From positions 10,594 through 74,593 of the forward strand of contig JAIORP010000068.1 of assembly GCA_021108075.1 (NCBI GenBank): a DNA stretch of 64,000 bases. The letters run 5' to 3'. Positions 39,601 through 47,609 of this stretch are shown here, piece by piece. Origin of the DNA: Candidatus Omnitrophota bacterium (GTDB lineage: Bacteria > Omnitrophota > Gorgyraeia > Zapsychrales > Zapsychraceae). The notes under the pieces were generated by a model that was not told the origin of the DNA, made no database searches, and worked only from the letters and a program-made list of their open reading frames with translations. A program made the position numbers and the translations under genes. How positions within the stretch are numbered: the first letter of the stretch is position 1; each line of letters begins with the position of its first letter.

Positions 39601-40043
39601 TGACAGGTGGTGGTGACACTGATCAATTAATTTCTGATTTAAAGCTTCAACCAAGCCATCGCACACTCGCGGGTGGCGCTTTTTTAAAATTTAAATCGGG
39701 AAAAGAACTTCCGGCGATAAGTCGTTTAGCTGAATCGAGAAAGCAACAAGGCGTTGGAGAAACAGATGGAGGTGACCGCGCGGTTTTAACTTCCGTGGCC
39801 AGTCCCGGTGGTATTGATTTTAATCCTAAAAATTTTGATATTCAATCTGAAGGGAAAGGGATGGATATCGACTTTGCCTTTGATCCGGCAAATTTTGAGA
39901 CAATGCCCGTAAATGGATTTATACCCGTTATTTTTCAAATCTCTCCGATTTCAAATTTCCCTTCATTATTGTTGGGTGTATCAGATCAAGAAGAAAAGCA
40001 GCAACTCACTCAACTCAAAAATTATACCAATTCCATCAAATAA
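36672..40043 (+). CDS. giant signal-peptide protein with paralog-shared N-cap and C-tail and an embedded full-length phosphoglycerate kinase-like domain
   Basis: Signal peptide ...PVPLAQAQS. The N-cap (about aa 40-330) is shared with 40150. About aa 630-1030 align end to end with PGK: KRVLIRLDINAPV..GKI, AHQGRPG, FDGFSVAHR, LLGGAKISD, TGGM, GGGDT, AGGAFL. Confidence 0.85.
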   Translation: MWNFIQNKKYYVYKQITALCIAVSFFGSTIFPVPLAQAQSVPATVGLDLPTPGTMVTLSPGFIPAVIKGVKIFPNQPLRFDFIVDPGDSGLKGTGLKSEANKLIKYFLAAITVPEDDMWVNLSPYEKDRIIAEGFGKTEMGRDLLAQDYILKQITASLMFPEEEIGNEFWDKVYQKAVDLYGTSEIPVNTFNKVWIIPEKAIVYENGDTVFVSESHLKVMLEEDYLALEYNSLNSENGTDQINKNDVEQPDDVSSSIIREIIIPELEKEVNTGKNFANLRQIFNSVILATWFKRNLKESLLGKVYMDQNKVEGVNTEDRQVNEKIYQQYLEAFKVGVYDFIKEDYDTTTQEVIPRKYFSGGALLALKNAYRKRDTSEGVAVSEDSIVAGVQLVAAPHSYANRAVRETGELPDVSNLDDYRNNLPQEVMDGVRRFLRSEKGLEVDEKFMRNIPIISRPGYLSKYGEFGHVGLGEMYGEIVIYLDSESFENITRLAHEIAEAFNFESGRRDLYVSSEFITQLREFVGEYATELESIGRNGQDAIQKFEAHLKNTPGKSFEPWMMRWWIWATSEGKEFADRSHDLSPSLAEEYEIAAQAGKLPTGLRFTPTQLDQVDRNVAAGNKSRQFLTLDDVKIRDKRVLIRLDINAPVSDGKIKPTERITASSETIREAAESGAKVAIIAHQGRPGDDDYMESLDQHAQLLSEKIGRPVRAINDLYGEEAQEAIRSLQSGEVIILGNVRPKEKDPEFVANLEPLFDFFIFDGFSVAHRDTNSVTGFKNIPNVAGRLMERELDGNQRFLTALEHPYVELLGGAKISDHVDALDYGLEQGLIDRVLTGGMLGQLLLLIDGYQLGEPTMKVLREQDVDESRPEGLLSLIPRIRDIYERHRDKFESPSDLAYEDADGERQEIAITDLGEDGAPFVIGDNGTETANRYADILREAKTGFVKGPQGNYKNDNFKKSSEITFGALADSGAFWMTGGGDTDQLISDLKLQPSHRTLAGGAFLKFKSGKELPAISRLAESRKQQGVGETDGGDRAVLTSVASPGGIDFNPKNFDIQSEGKGMDIDFAFDPANFETMPVNGFIPVIFQISPISNFPSLLLGVSDQEEKQQLTQLKNYTNSIK

Positions 40044-40132
40044 TGACCAAAGTCATAATGATATTCTCGCTAAATCGTCGAGAAAAGCAGAATTGGGTTT
40101 GGTCATTATTTGATGGAATTGGTATTAGTATA
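40021..40132. repeat. MITE/REP-like repeat, full palindromic copy E, overlapping the stop of the 36672 gene
   Basis: ATACCAATTCCATCAAATAATGACCAAA...GTCGAGAAAAGCAGAATT...TTTGGTCATTATTTGATGGAATTGGTAT is a perfect 28-bp terminal inverted repeat. Confidence 0.85.
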
Positions 40133-40149
40133 AATTGTGAGGATTTTTT

Positions 40150-43100
40150 GTGCGCGCAAAGAAACCGAACCGTTGTTTTGCTTTTTTAATGATCCTGGCT
40201 TTCGGGGTCAATGGCCTCATGCCGTATGCCTACGCGCGAACACCGCTCAGCTTACCTGAACCCGGGGTGATGGTTTCGACCAGTCCGGCGTTTGTGCCGG
40301 TCTTAATCCGGGGCATGACCCTCCATCCCAAAGACCCGTTCCGCCTGGATTTTATTATGGATAGCGGGAATACCGGCCTAGAAAATGACGCGATGAAAGA
40401 AGAGTCACAAAAACTGATCAAATATTTTCTCGCCTCAATGACAATCCCGCAAAACCATTTATGGGTCAACCTTTCGCCTTATGAAGGCGATAAAATCATT
40501 CCACCCTCTTTGGGCCGGACCATGCTGGGCCGTGACCTGCTGGCTCAGGATTATCTCCTGAAACAATTAACCGCGACGCTGATGTACCCGGAAGAAGGAT
40601 TGGGCCAGGAATTTTGGGAAAGGATTTACCGCCAGGCAAAGGAGAAATTCGGAACAACCGACCTGCCGGTGAACACGTTTAACAAGGTTTGGATTTTGCC
40701 GCAGAGCGCGGATGTCTATGAGCATGGCCGGACGGTTTATATTGTGGACAGCCGACTGAAGGTCATGCTGGACAGCGATTACCAGGCCATGATGACAGGC
40801 CATGAGACAATTAAAAATGACGCGATGATGGAATTAGGGGAAACGATGATCCGTGAGGTTATTCTTCCCGAGATTGAAAGAGAAGTGAATGAAGGCAAGA
40901 ATTTCGCGCCCTTACGGCAGATTTACCATTCCTTGATTTTAGCGAAGTGGTATAAAGAAACGATCAAGGAAAGCATCCTGTCTCTGTCTTACGTGGACCA
41001 GCATAAAGTGAACGGCATTGAATGGAACGACCCGGCGTTTAAGGACCGGATCTATGCCCGATATATGCGGGCGTATCAAAAAGGTGTTTTTAATTATATC
41101 AAAGAAGATTATGACCGCTTAAGCCAGGAATTGATCCCCCGCAAATATTTTTCCGGCGGTTTTCAGGACCGGGCCATCGCCTTCAACCGGCCGCGGATTG
41201 CCAGAGAAGATATCAAACCCGTCGGTGATTATGCCATGTTGTCTGTGTCTTTGGACCAGGTGCCCTTGATTACCGTCAGGCAGGCGGGCTTGACAGGGGG
41301 GTATAAAGTCTCAGGGGCCATAGAACTGGATGAGCAAAAACAAATGCTTTCGTTTGAGGGACTGCGCGATGAGAAGTCTGTTTCTGAAAGGGTCGAACTG
41401 CTCATTCAAAAACGCTTGACAAAAAGAGACGTGCTGGACAAAATCAGCCGTTACGCCGGGCATGAAATGATTGACGCGATGATCGCCTGGTTTATGGATG
41501 AGTCGACCATGAACGATATTGTTATTCTTCAACCGAACGCCCTGGGTGTTCACACGGTTTTTGACGTGCGCGTGCTGGCTGTTTCAGAAAATTTTGAAGA
41601 CGAAGGTCTTGTTTTTCTGCATGAAATCGGCCTGGCCATGGGACAAACCGCGGATTTAAACACGGTCCTGGAGGTCGTTGATGATAAAACCACAACACAT
41701 CCGCTCAAATTATCACCCGATAAAATTGTTCAGGACTATCTCGAGGATAAAGCGTGGTACGACCGGCATGTGCAGGTGACAGACAAGCAGGGCGTGAAAC
41801 TGCACTATGCTTTGCGGGCATTGTTCCGTGAACAGTTTTTTCTGGACGATATGGACCTGACGCACCGGATCAAAGTGGCTTTTGAATTTGCTGATGAGAA
41901 GTTGCGCGCGGATGGCGAAGATGTGGACCAGGAAAAACTTTTACAGGAATTAACGGATAAATACAATCGAATCAGCGCGGCCAAATGGGGAGAGAATCAA
42001 AGACAATCCTCGTGGTTTTTAAGGCTGCGGGATGCTAAAGAACGGGTTCTCGCGGCAAGAGACATTTCCTCCTCGCGGGTCGTTGATGAGATCCTCAGTT
42101 TTTATCTCAAGGCCACAGATCCTCAAGAGCCGGTTGAGCGCTATGAACCTTTTAATGCCTTTATCTCGACGACGTTTCAAGGGCGGAAACGGGAAGTGCT
42201 GGTGCCTGTTGTTAAGGAATTATATGGGATGATCATGTATGACAGCGTCTATGTCGACCAGAGAGTCCTATTAATATCGTTGATGTCAAATATTATGGCG
42301 GGTATATTTGAACTGGACCAGTCCATCGTGTCTGGGTTTGAAGTGCTTCTCTTGCGGGATATCCGGCGGTTTGTTTCCGATGAGGTTTTTGTCGCGCCCC
42401 ATCAAGTTAAGGGTATTGATCATTTAGAACGGTATTTTAAAATTGTGCCCGGAAAAGAGTCGTTTCGGACAGTCGTTCAAAAGGCGGCCTTTAGATTGCT
42501 GGGACGACAGCCGTCTGTATTGAGCGTGCCGCAACCGAGGTTGTATTTCCGTGAAGATTTTTTTAAAAAAGTCAGGGAGCAAAGAGATGTGGCTATAAAA
42601 AAACACTTGATCCGGGCGCATAAACAGGCGCATTTGTTTAGAAACGCTATTCGGTCTTTGAGCAACAGTCTGGTCGCGCGTGAGCGGGTCGGCACCCGGC
42701 GGCGCAAATTTACGCTCAGGGAAAACGCGGGTCTGCACATGGATGGATTGTTGCGTCAATTTCAGGAGACGAAAGACGCGGGGAAAAAGGTGTTTTTGGC
42801 AGAGCTTTTATTCTCGTGGTCGGGTTCAGGGCATGAATTTTGGAACAAAGGTAATGCCGGGACCTATCTGGAAGACCTGATGAAATTATTGCCTCAAACA
42901 AAAACAGTCATGCAGAAAAGATCTCTCTTGCAGCAGGCCTTAGGGTTGCCGGTGATGACGATGGAACGGTCCTTGCGGCAGCGCTTTGTCGACTTTGTGT
43001 CCGGGGAACTGGCCGGATTGTTTTCTAAGGTGACGGAATTGGGCGTCGACATTGACCAGGATTTTCAGGACCTGGACGAACGTTATCCGGATGGTTATGA

Positions 43101-44934
43101 TCCTTTAAAAGATAAAGGGCTGGATGATAAGGTTTATGAGCAGCACAATTTGATGGTTGACATTCATCTGCGGATGTGGATATTGACAAAACTGGCGTTA
43201 GAGGGCATGAAGAGCCCGGACACGTCCTCAATCGGTCATGGCATCATACAAAATTTATGGGAGAGCGTTAATAACAGGCCATGGGACAAGAATATCAAAT
43301 CGATGATGATGACACATTTGGAGCCGTTTATTGTTCAAGGCGGATTTGTTTCCGATCGAAGCTTCGCGTCCGTGGTTCGTCCGTCGGATGAATTTTTTTC
43401 TGAGTTAAAGCGTGCCGGGTATCTGAATTGGAATGGGATGATCACGAATCAATTTGTGCGCTTAAAAAGTTCAGCGGAAATGGACCTGCCCGAAAAATAC
43501 CGGGATTTGAAAGAGAGCATTTATCAGGTATTTCAAGAGGCCTTAGACCGGTCAAATCCCGCTGTTGATTCTGCGTTCGCGGAATTGAAATCCCGGATCG
43601 ACCCGGGGCTGGTGAACACGGTGGAACGCGTTGTTTACGGCCGGGCGGAAGAATTTTCGGACGCCATTGTTTCTATTCTGGAGCAAAATGTCCTCAATGA
43701 TAATGTGACTTTTTTTATTTTAATGCGTCATAGTATGGACGAGCAATTGCTCGAAAGAATCGTTTTTAATGAGAATATCCGGATCGAAACCCGGCTGTAT
43801 GCCGCTTCCTGGCTTTTTCCGTCGATGACAACCGGGCGGGCCGCGCGATTGGTTGAGAGCCTCGCGGATGAAACAGAAGCGTTCATCCGCCGGACGATCA
43901 GAGATAATAACCGGGTCCGGTCTTTATTTGATAATGAGCTTTTACAGGATGAAGAAATCAAGGTTTACATGTTAGGCATGCTGATTGACACGCGGCGGCA
44001 TTTAACCCCGATGTCGATGAAGGCTTTTATCTCCATCTCCCGACGGATCCGTTCGGCCGAGGCCTTCGCGTATTTAAACAACGCGAACGCTTATTTCACG
44101 TTCGGGGGGAAGATTTTAGCCGGAACAACAGAACCGGCGGCATTGTTTTATGAAATTCTGAGCCACGAAATATTGCACGCCATTTTGCAAGAGGAACACG
44201 GTTACCGCGGCCAGACGCTCAAAGATTTCACGTTGGAGGAAATGTTGTCTGACATCCACAGTTATATGTTCGCCGACCGGATGGGCATCGAAGATAGTTA
44301 CCGCATTGACGCGGCCAAAATCGATAATTTTTTCAAGGCCGTTAAAGGGAATGATTATTTTACGGTAGAGAGCCATGAGGGCGCGCGGGCCCAGCTGAAA
44401 ATTTTGATAGAACGCCTGGAGGAACTCGGGATCAGTCTACATTGGCAGACGCTGTTAAGGATCGGTATCGCGATGATCCGGGATCCTCTGGTGCGGGAGC
44501 GGTCTCTGGAAGAGACGGTCTCCATCTGGGTTAAGACCGCGTTTTTCGAGCGGCATGGTTTCGCCCGGGTCAAACACAATGAGTTTTATCAGCGTTTTTT
44601 TGATGCCCCGGCGAGCAGTGACGCCGATAAGGATAGAATAAAGATTCTGGACGGCGAGGGCGTTGATAGGGCATTGGACCAGGACAGGGCGATGCTTCCG
44701 GGCGAGGAAGAGGTCGGAGGGATAGACCTGCAGGGCATTGACGTGAACCGTCAGGGCGAGGGGTTTGAGATTCAATTTGATCCGGCATCATTCCGGCAAA
44801 ACGGGGGTCAGGGCATCAACGGGCTTACGCCTGTCATTATCAATGTCACGCCCATTCAGAATATCCTGCCGCTGCTCGGCCTGGGGTCGGACAATGTGTC
44901 TGGATCGCTGGAGCTTTCGCAAAGCAGGGATTAG
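40150..44934 (+). CDS. giant signal-peptide protein, paralog of 36672 (shared N-cap and C-tail), core contains an HExxH motif
   Basis: GTG start after AGGA. Signal peptide ...AYARTP. N-cap similar to 36672 (LIKYFLA, WVNLSPYE, GRDLLAQDY, PVNTFNKVWI). HEILH near aa 1340. C-tail is similar. Confidence 0.85.
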   Translation: MRAKKPNRCFAFLMILAFGVNGLMPYAYARTPLSLPEPGVMVSTSPAFVPVLIRGMTLHPKDPFRLDFIMDSGNTGLENDAMKEESQKLIKYFLASMTIPQNHLWVNLSPYEGDKIIPPSLGRTMLGRDLLAQDYLLKQLTATLMYPEEGLGQEFWERIYRQAKEKFGTTDLPVNTFNKVWILPQSADVYEHGRTVYIVDSRLKVMLDSDYQAMMTGHETIKNDAMMELGETMIREVILPEIEREVNEGKNFAPLRQIYHSLILAKWYKETIKESILSLSYVDQHKVNGIEWNDPAFKDRIYARYMRAYQKGVFNYIKEDYDRLSQELIPRKYFSGGFQDRAIAFNRPRIAREDIKPVGDYAMLSVSLDQVPLITVRQAGLTGGYKVSGAIELDEQKQMLSFEGLRDEKSVSERVELLIQKRLTKRDVLDKISRYAGHEMIDAMIAWFMDESTMNDIVILQPNALGVHTVFDVRVLAVSENFEDEGLVFLHEIGLAMGQTADLNTVLEVVDDKTTTHPLKLSPDKIVQDYLEDKAWYDRHVQVTDKQGVKLHYALRALFREQFFLDDMDLTHRIKVAFEFADEKLRADGEDVDQEKLLQELTDKYNRISAAKWGENQRQSSWFLRLRDAKERVLAARDISSSRVVDEILSFYLKATDPQEPVERYEPFNAFISTTFQGRKREVLVPVVKELYGMIMYDSVYVDQRVLLISLMSNIMAGIFELDQSIVSGFEVLLLRDIRRFVSDEVFVAPHQVKGIDHLERYFKIVPGKESFRTVVQKAAFRLLGRQPSVLSVPQPRLYFREDFFKKVREQRDVAIKKHLIRAHKQAHLFRNAIRSLSNSLVARERVGTRRRKFTLRENAGLHMDGLLRQFQETKDAGKKVFLAELLFSWSGSGHEFWNKGNAGTYLEDLMKLLPQTKTVMQKRSLLQQALGLPVMTMERSLRQRFVDFVSGELAGLFSKVTELGVDIDQDFQDLDERYPDGYDPLKDKGLDDKVYEQHNLMVDIHLRMWILTKLALEGMKSPDTSSIGHGIIQNLWESVNNRPWDKNIKSMMMTHLEPFIVQGGFVSDRSFASVVRPSDEFFSELKRAGYLNWNGMITNQFVRLKSSAEMDLPEKYRDLKESIYQVFQEALDRSNPAVDSAFAELKSRIDPGLVNTVERVVYGRAEEFSDAIVSILEQNVLNDNVTFFILMRHSMDEQLLERIVFNENIRIETRLYAASWLFPSMTTGRAARLVESLADETEAFIRRTIRDNNRVRSLFDNELLQDEEIKVYMLGMLIDTRRHLTPMSMKAFISISRRIRSAEAFAYLNNANAYFTFGGKILAGTTEPAALFYEILSHEILHAILQEEHGYRGQTLKDFTLEEMLSDIHSYMFADRMGIEDSYRIDAAKIDNFFKAVKGNDYFTVESHEGARAQLKILIERLEELGISLHWQTLLRIGIAMIRDPLVRERSLEETVSIWVKTAFFERHGFARVKHNEFYQRFFDAPASSDADKDRIKILDGEGVDRALDQDRAMLPGEEEVGGIDLQGIDVNRQGEGFEIQFDPASFRQNGGQGINGLTPVIINVTPIQNILPLLGLGSDNVSGSLELSQSRD

Positions 44935-45080
44935 CCTTCCGTTATAGCGTTCATTTTTGTGTTTATACATGTATTGTTGCTAAGTTCTATCCTCTGGTCG
45001 GGAACGGATACACGGACAGGGAAAATTTTTTTGACGGCAGGGAAAAAAGGGTTTACTTGGAGTGTTTTTTATGTATAATA

Positions 45081-45163
45081 ATACCAATTCCATTAAATAA
45101 TGACCAAAATCAATTCTGCTTTTCAGAATTAAGATAGAACAATTTATTAATGGATTTGGTATT
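45081..45163. repeat. MITE/REP-like repeat, copy C
   Basis: ATACCAATTCCATTAAATAATGACCAAAATCAATTCTGCTTTTCAGAATT...TTAATGGATTTGGTAT. Confidence 0.85.
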
Positions 45164-45242
45164 ATACAACCTTGAGCGATAGTAGCGTGCCTGTGATCGC
45201 TTCAGGACATTGTCAGAAAAAATATTGGTAAGAAATAAATTT

Positions 45243-45317
45243 GGGGTTGTAGTTCAGCCTGGTTAGAACGCCTGCCTGTCACGCAGGAGGTCGCGAGTTC
45301 GAATCTCGTCAACCCCG
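45243..45317 (+). tRNA. tRNA-Asp (anticodon GTC)
   Basis: Cloverleaf with acceptor GGGGTTG/CAACCCC. Anticodon loop CTGTCAC. T-loop TTCGAAT. CCA not encoded. Confidence 0.95.
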
Positions 45318-45323
45318 TTTTTT

Positions 45324-45357
45324 TAAAAGCCCAAATTAATAATTTGGGCTTTTTTGT
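45324..45357. terminator. bidirectional intrinsic terminator after tRNA-Asp
   Basis: aaaGCCCAAATTaataAATTTGGGCtttttt flanked by A- and T-runs. Confidence 0.7.
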
Positions 45358-45653
45358 CGACGATAACCCGCTCCTTAATTTTTGCACTTAGGATTACTTT
45401 CAAGCTTTCTGCTGTGCCCTCAATTACCACATTTTGCTACATTTTACCCTTCCAAATGGCACCAAAATGGCACCACTTTTTTCAATCCCTTCTTAGCGCC
45501 TAAAATAAGCATCAAATGTCAAAATATAGATCCCCATTATAATGCTAGCTAGGTTTTGGTTGGTGCTAAATCTTGTCATCTATGCAGATAAACTAATATG
45601 GCTAGATATTCAATAAACTGACTTTTTGGGATACCTTGCGACGAGTCAAGTCA

Positions 45654-45682
45654 TTGACAATAATATGACTGAAGGATAGAAT
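45654..45682 (+). promoter_or_regulatory. consensus sigma70-like promoter (TTGACA-17 nt-TAGAAT) at right end of leader copy 1
   Basis: TTGACA 45654-45659. TAGAAT 45677-45682. 17-nt spacer. Confidence 0.6.
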
Positions 45683-45927
45683 GGTTGTATATTTTTTAGG
45701 GGGGAACCTATTTTATAAATGTCTATTTATGTCGGGAATGATATCCAGCCCCGCAGGATGAACTGCTTCAACGACTGTCCTGCGAATAGCTATTACCGAT
45801 AAAAAGCGACATTTTTTATCGGTTTATGCCATAAAAAATGTAAATTTTAAACGATGGAAATGAAATTAAACCAGCTATGTCCGGTTGATCCAGTAAACCG
45901 GACAGTCGTATATTAAATGTTATCTTC

Positions 45928-45996
45928 AAGTAAATGAAGAATGAGGCGTGAAGAAATTCCCATGTTTTGTTCGAAGCATCGTTGGTTACGGGAGAA
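45928..45996 (+). repeat. about 70-bp direct repeat flanking IS630 (left copy), contains mini-ORF MKNEA
   Basis: AAATGAAGAATGAGGCGTGAAGAAATTCCCATGTTTTGTTCGAAGCATCGTTGGTTACGGGAGAA matches the sequence at 47368-47436. Confidence 0.6.
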
Positions 45997-46108
45997 AATA
46001 TTGGTAGCGGAGGCAGCCTGATTCGGAATGGGGGATTTGTTGCGAGGGTGTTACTAGATCCAACAACAGTAAAATTAAAGAAATTTAGTTATATAGATAG
46101 TTTCATGA

Positions 46109-47260
46109 AATTTGCAATATAGCTTGACGAGAACATAACGAATCTATAAGCTGAATACAATGAACGCTATTAAAAGCTCGACGTATTCAACATATGAGGT
46201 TCGAGAGAGAGCCGTTAAAGCTGTGCTATTGGGGCAACAAAAGGTAGCTGTCGCTAAAGCATATCAGGTTGACTACTCTACACTGTTTCGTTGGTGCCAA
46301 CGTTATGAAGGCACTAAAAAATTTTCAGCATTAGCACGTCAGCCTGGTAGCGGACGTCCTAATCTTTTAGATATTCAAACACGAGAAAATTTTCTTAAAA
46401 TTATTACTCAGCCAGCCTCTGAATTTGGATATGAAACTGACTTCTGGACATGTCGCAGGTTAATGCAAATTACTGAACAACGATTAAAGATTAAGGTTTC
46501 TAAGCCAACAATGTGGCGGATATTACGCGATATAGGTTTAACTTACCAAAAACCTGAACGCCGATATTTTGAAACTAATGATAAACTACGAAAAAAATGG
46601 CTTCGTTATGAAGTCCCAAAGATTAAGCGTTCTGTAAAAAAATATCGAGCCATTCTCTATTTTCAGGATGAGTCACATATTTCTTTGACGACGGTATTAG
46701 GAAAGACATGGGCTCCAAAAGGTCAAACGCCAATGCAACGAGTTACTGGTAATCGCGGTGGTTTTGCGGCTATGTCAGCAATTAGCCAAGTTGGAAAATT
46801 AATTTTTCGACTTCATCAAAAACGCATTACTTCTGTAGAAGTTATTGATTTTCTTAAACAGATGCTTAAGCATCATAAATATCGAAATGTAGTAGTGGTC
46901 ATGGATCAAGCTAGACCACATGTATCAAAGAAAACACAAGCATTTATCAAAGAACAGAAAAGATTGCATGTTTTTTATTTGCCATCTCGTTCTCCGGATT
47001 TGAATCCAGATGAACAGGTTTGGAATCATTTGAAACATCAAGAACTCAAAGGCAATGCATCCAGAACAAAAAAAGAACTTAAAAATTTAACCAATAGGAA
47101 GTCCCGAAATCCAGAATTACTAAATGGTATTTTCTTTAGATCCTGCATGGCAAGCTTCTTAAACTAAGCAACCTGTAAATATTTCTCGTCGGATTCTTAA
47201 TAGCGTTCTCTATTTTCAACGTCTTTTTAATTTCTCCTCCGTCGAGGCATATTGCAGATT
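46109..47260 (+). mobile_element. IS630-family insertion sequence (about 1.15 kb) with imperfect terminal inverted repeats
   Basis: Left TTTGCAATATAGCTTGACGAG. Right, as reverse complement, ATCTGCAATATGCCTCGACGGAG. Encloses the transposase ORF. Confidence 0.75.
46160..47167 (+). CDS. IS630-family (Tc1/mariner-like DDE) transposase
   Basis: N-terminal HTH region and DDE core (QDESHISL, MDQARPH, PSRSPDLNPDEQVW). Confidence 0.9.
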   Translation: MNAIKSSTYSTYEVRERAVKAVLLGQQKVAVAKAYQVDYSTLFRWCQRYEGTKKFSALARQPGSGRPNLLDIQTRENFLKIITQPASEFGYETDFWTCRRLMQITEQRLKIKVSKPTMWRILRDIGLTYQKPERRYFETNDKLRKKWLRYEVPKIKRSVKKYRAILYFQDESHISLTTVLGKTWAPKGQTPMQRVTGNRGGFAAMSAISQVGKLIFRLHQKRITSVEVIDFLKQMLKHHKYRNVVVVMDQARPHVSKKTQAFIKEQKRLHVFYLPSRSPDLNPDEQVWNHLKHQELKGNASRTKKELKNLTNRKSRNPELLNGIFFRSCMASFLN

Positions 47261-47367
47261 TTTTGAAATTATCTATAACACAATAAAAAGATAACAACTC
47301 GCTCCATCGGGCAGTCCTGCGCCACCTTCGTCGGCTTGTTCTGCCGATGAGCTCAAGGCGTTATATT

Positions 47368-47436
47368 CAAATAAATGAAAAATGGTGCGTGAAGAAATTC
47401 CCATATTTCGTTCGAAGCAATGTTGGTGGTGGGAGA
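47368..47436 (+). repeat. about 70-bp direct repeat flanking IS630 (right copy), contains mini-ORF MKNGA
   Basis: AAATGAAAAATGGTGCGTGAAGAAATTCCCATATTTCGTTCGAAGCAATGTTGGTGGTGGGAGAA. Confidence 0.6.
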
Positions 47437-47609
47437 ATGACGTTGTCTCAGAATCCTAACCCACCAAATGGACTAGTTTTGGGGGAAAGGTCATATTATG
47501 GATAGAAAAAGTTCTAAAAATAGAACAGGTTTTTGGGGATTTATTTTTTGCACAGGCATTGAACCAACGAGCGCAATATATAAACTTTTCCTTATAAAAA
47601 GGCATTTAC

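Larger units (their letters stand above)
45318..45708 (+). repeat. cassette leader repeat, copy 1 (about 400 bp, non-coding)
   Basis: Highly similar to 49881-50296 and 52035-52464. Order is terminator, conserved core, TTGACA-17-TAGAAT. Confidence 0.85.

Noticed and set aside
38540-39760. The PGK-like segment as the housekeeping phosphoglycerate kinase gene
   Set aside because: It has no independent start, RBS or stop. It is in-frame inside a 1123-aa signal-peptide protein, flanked by about 600 aa upstream and about 90 aa downstream of unrelated sequence.
1083-45163. The dispersed palindromic repeats as a CRISPR array
   Set aside because: Copies are tens of kb apart, differ in orientation and internal structure, and have no regular repeat-spacer periodicity. 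No cas genes are present.
45202-45387. 61-aa minus-strand ORF
   Set aside because: Overlaps the tRNA-Asp gene and its terminator. It is an artefact.
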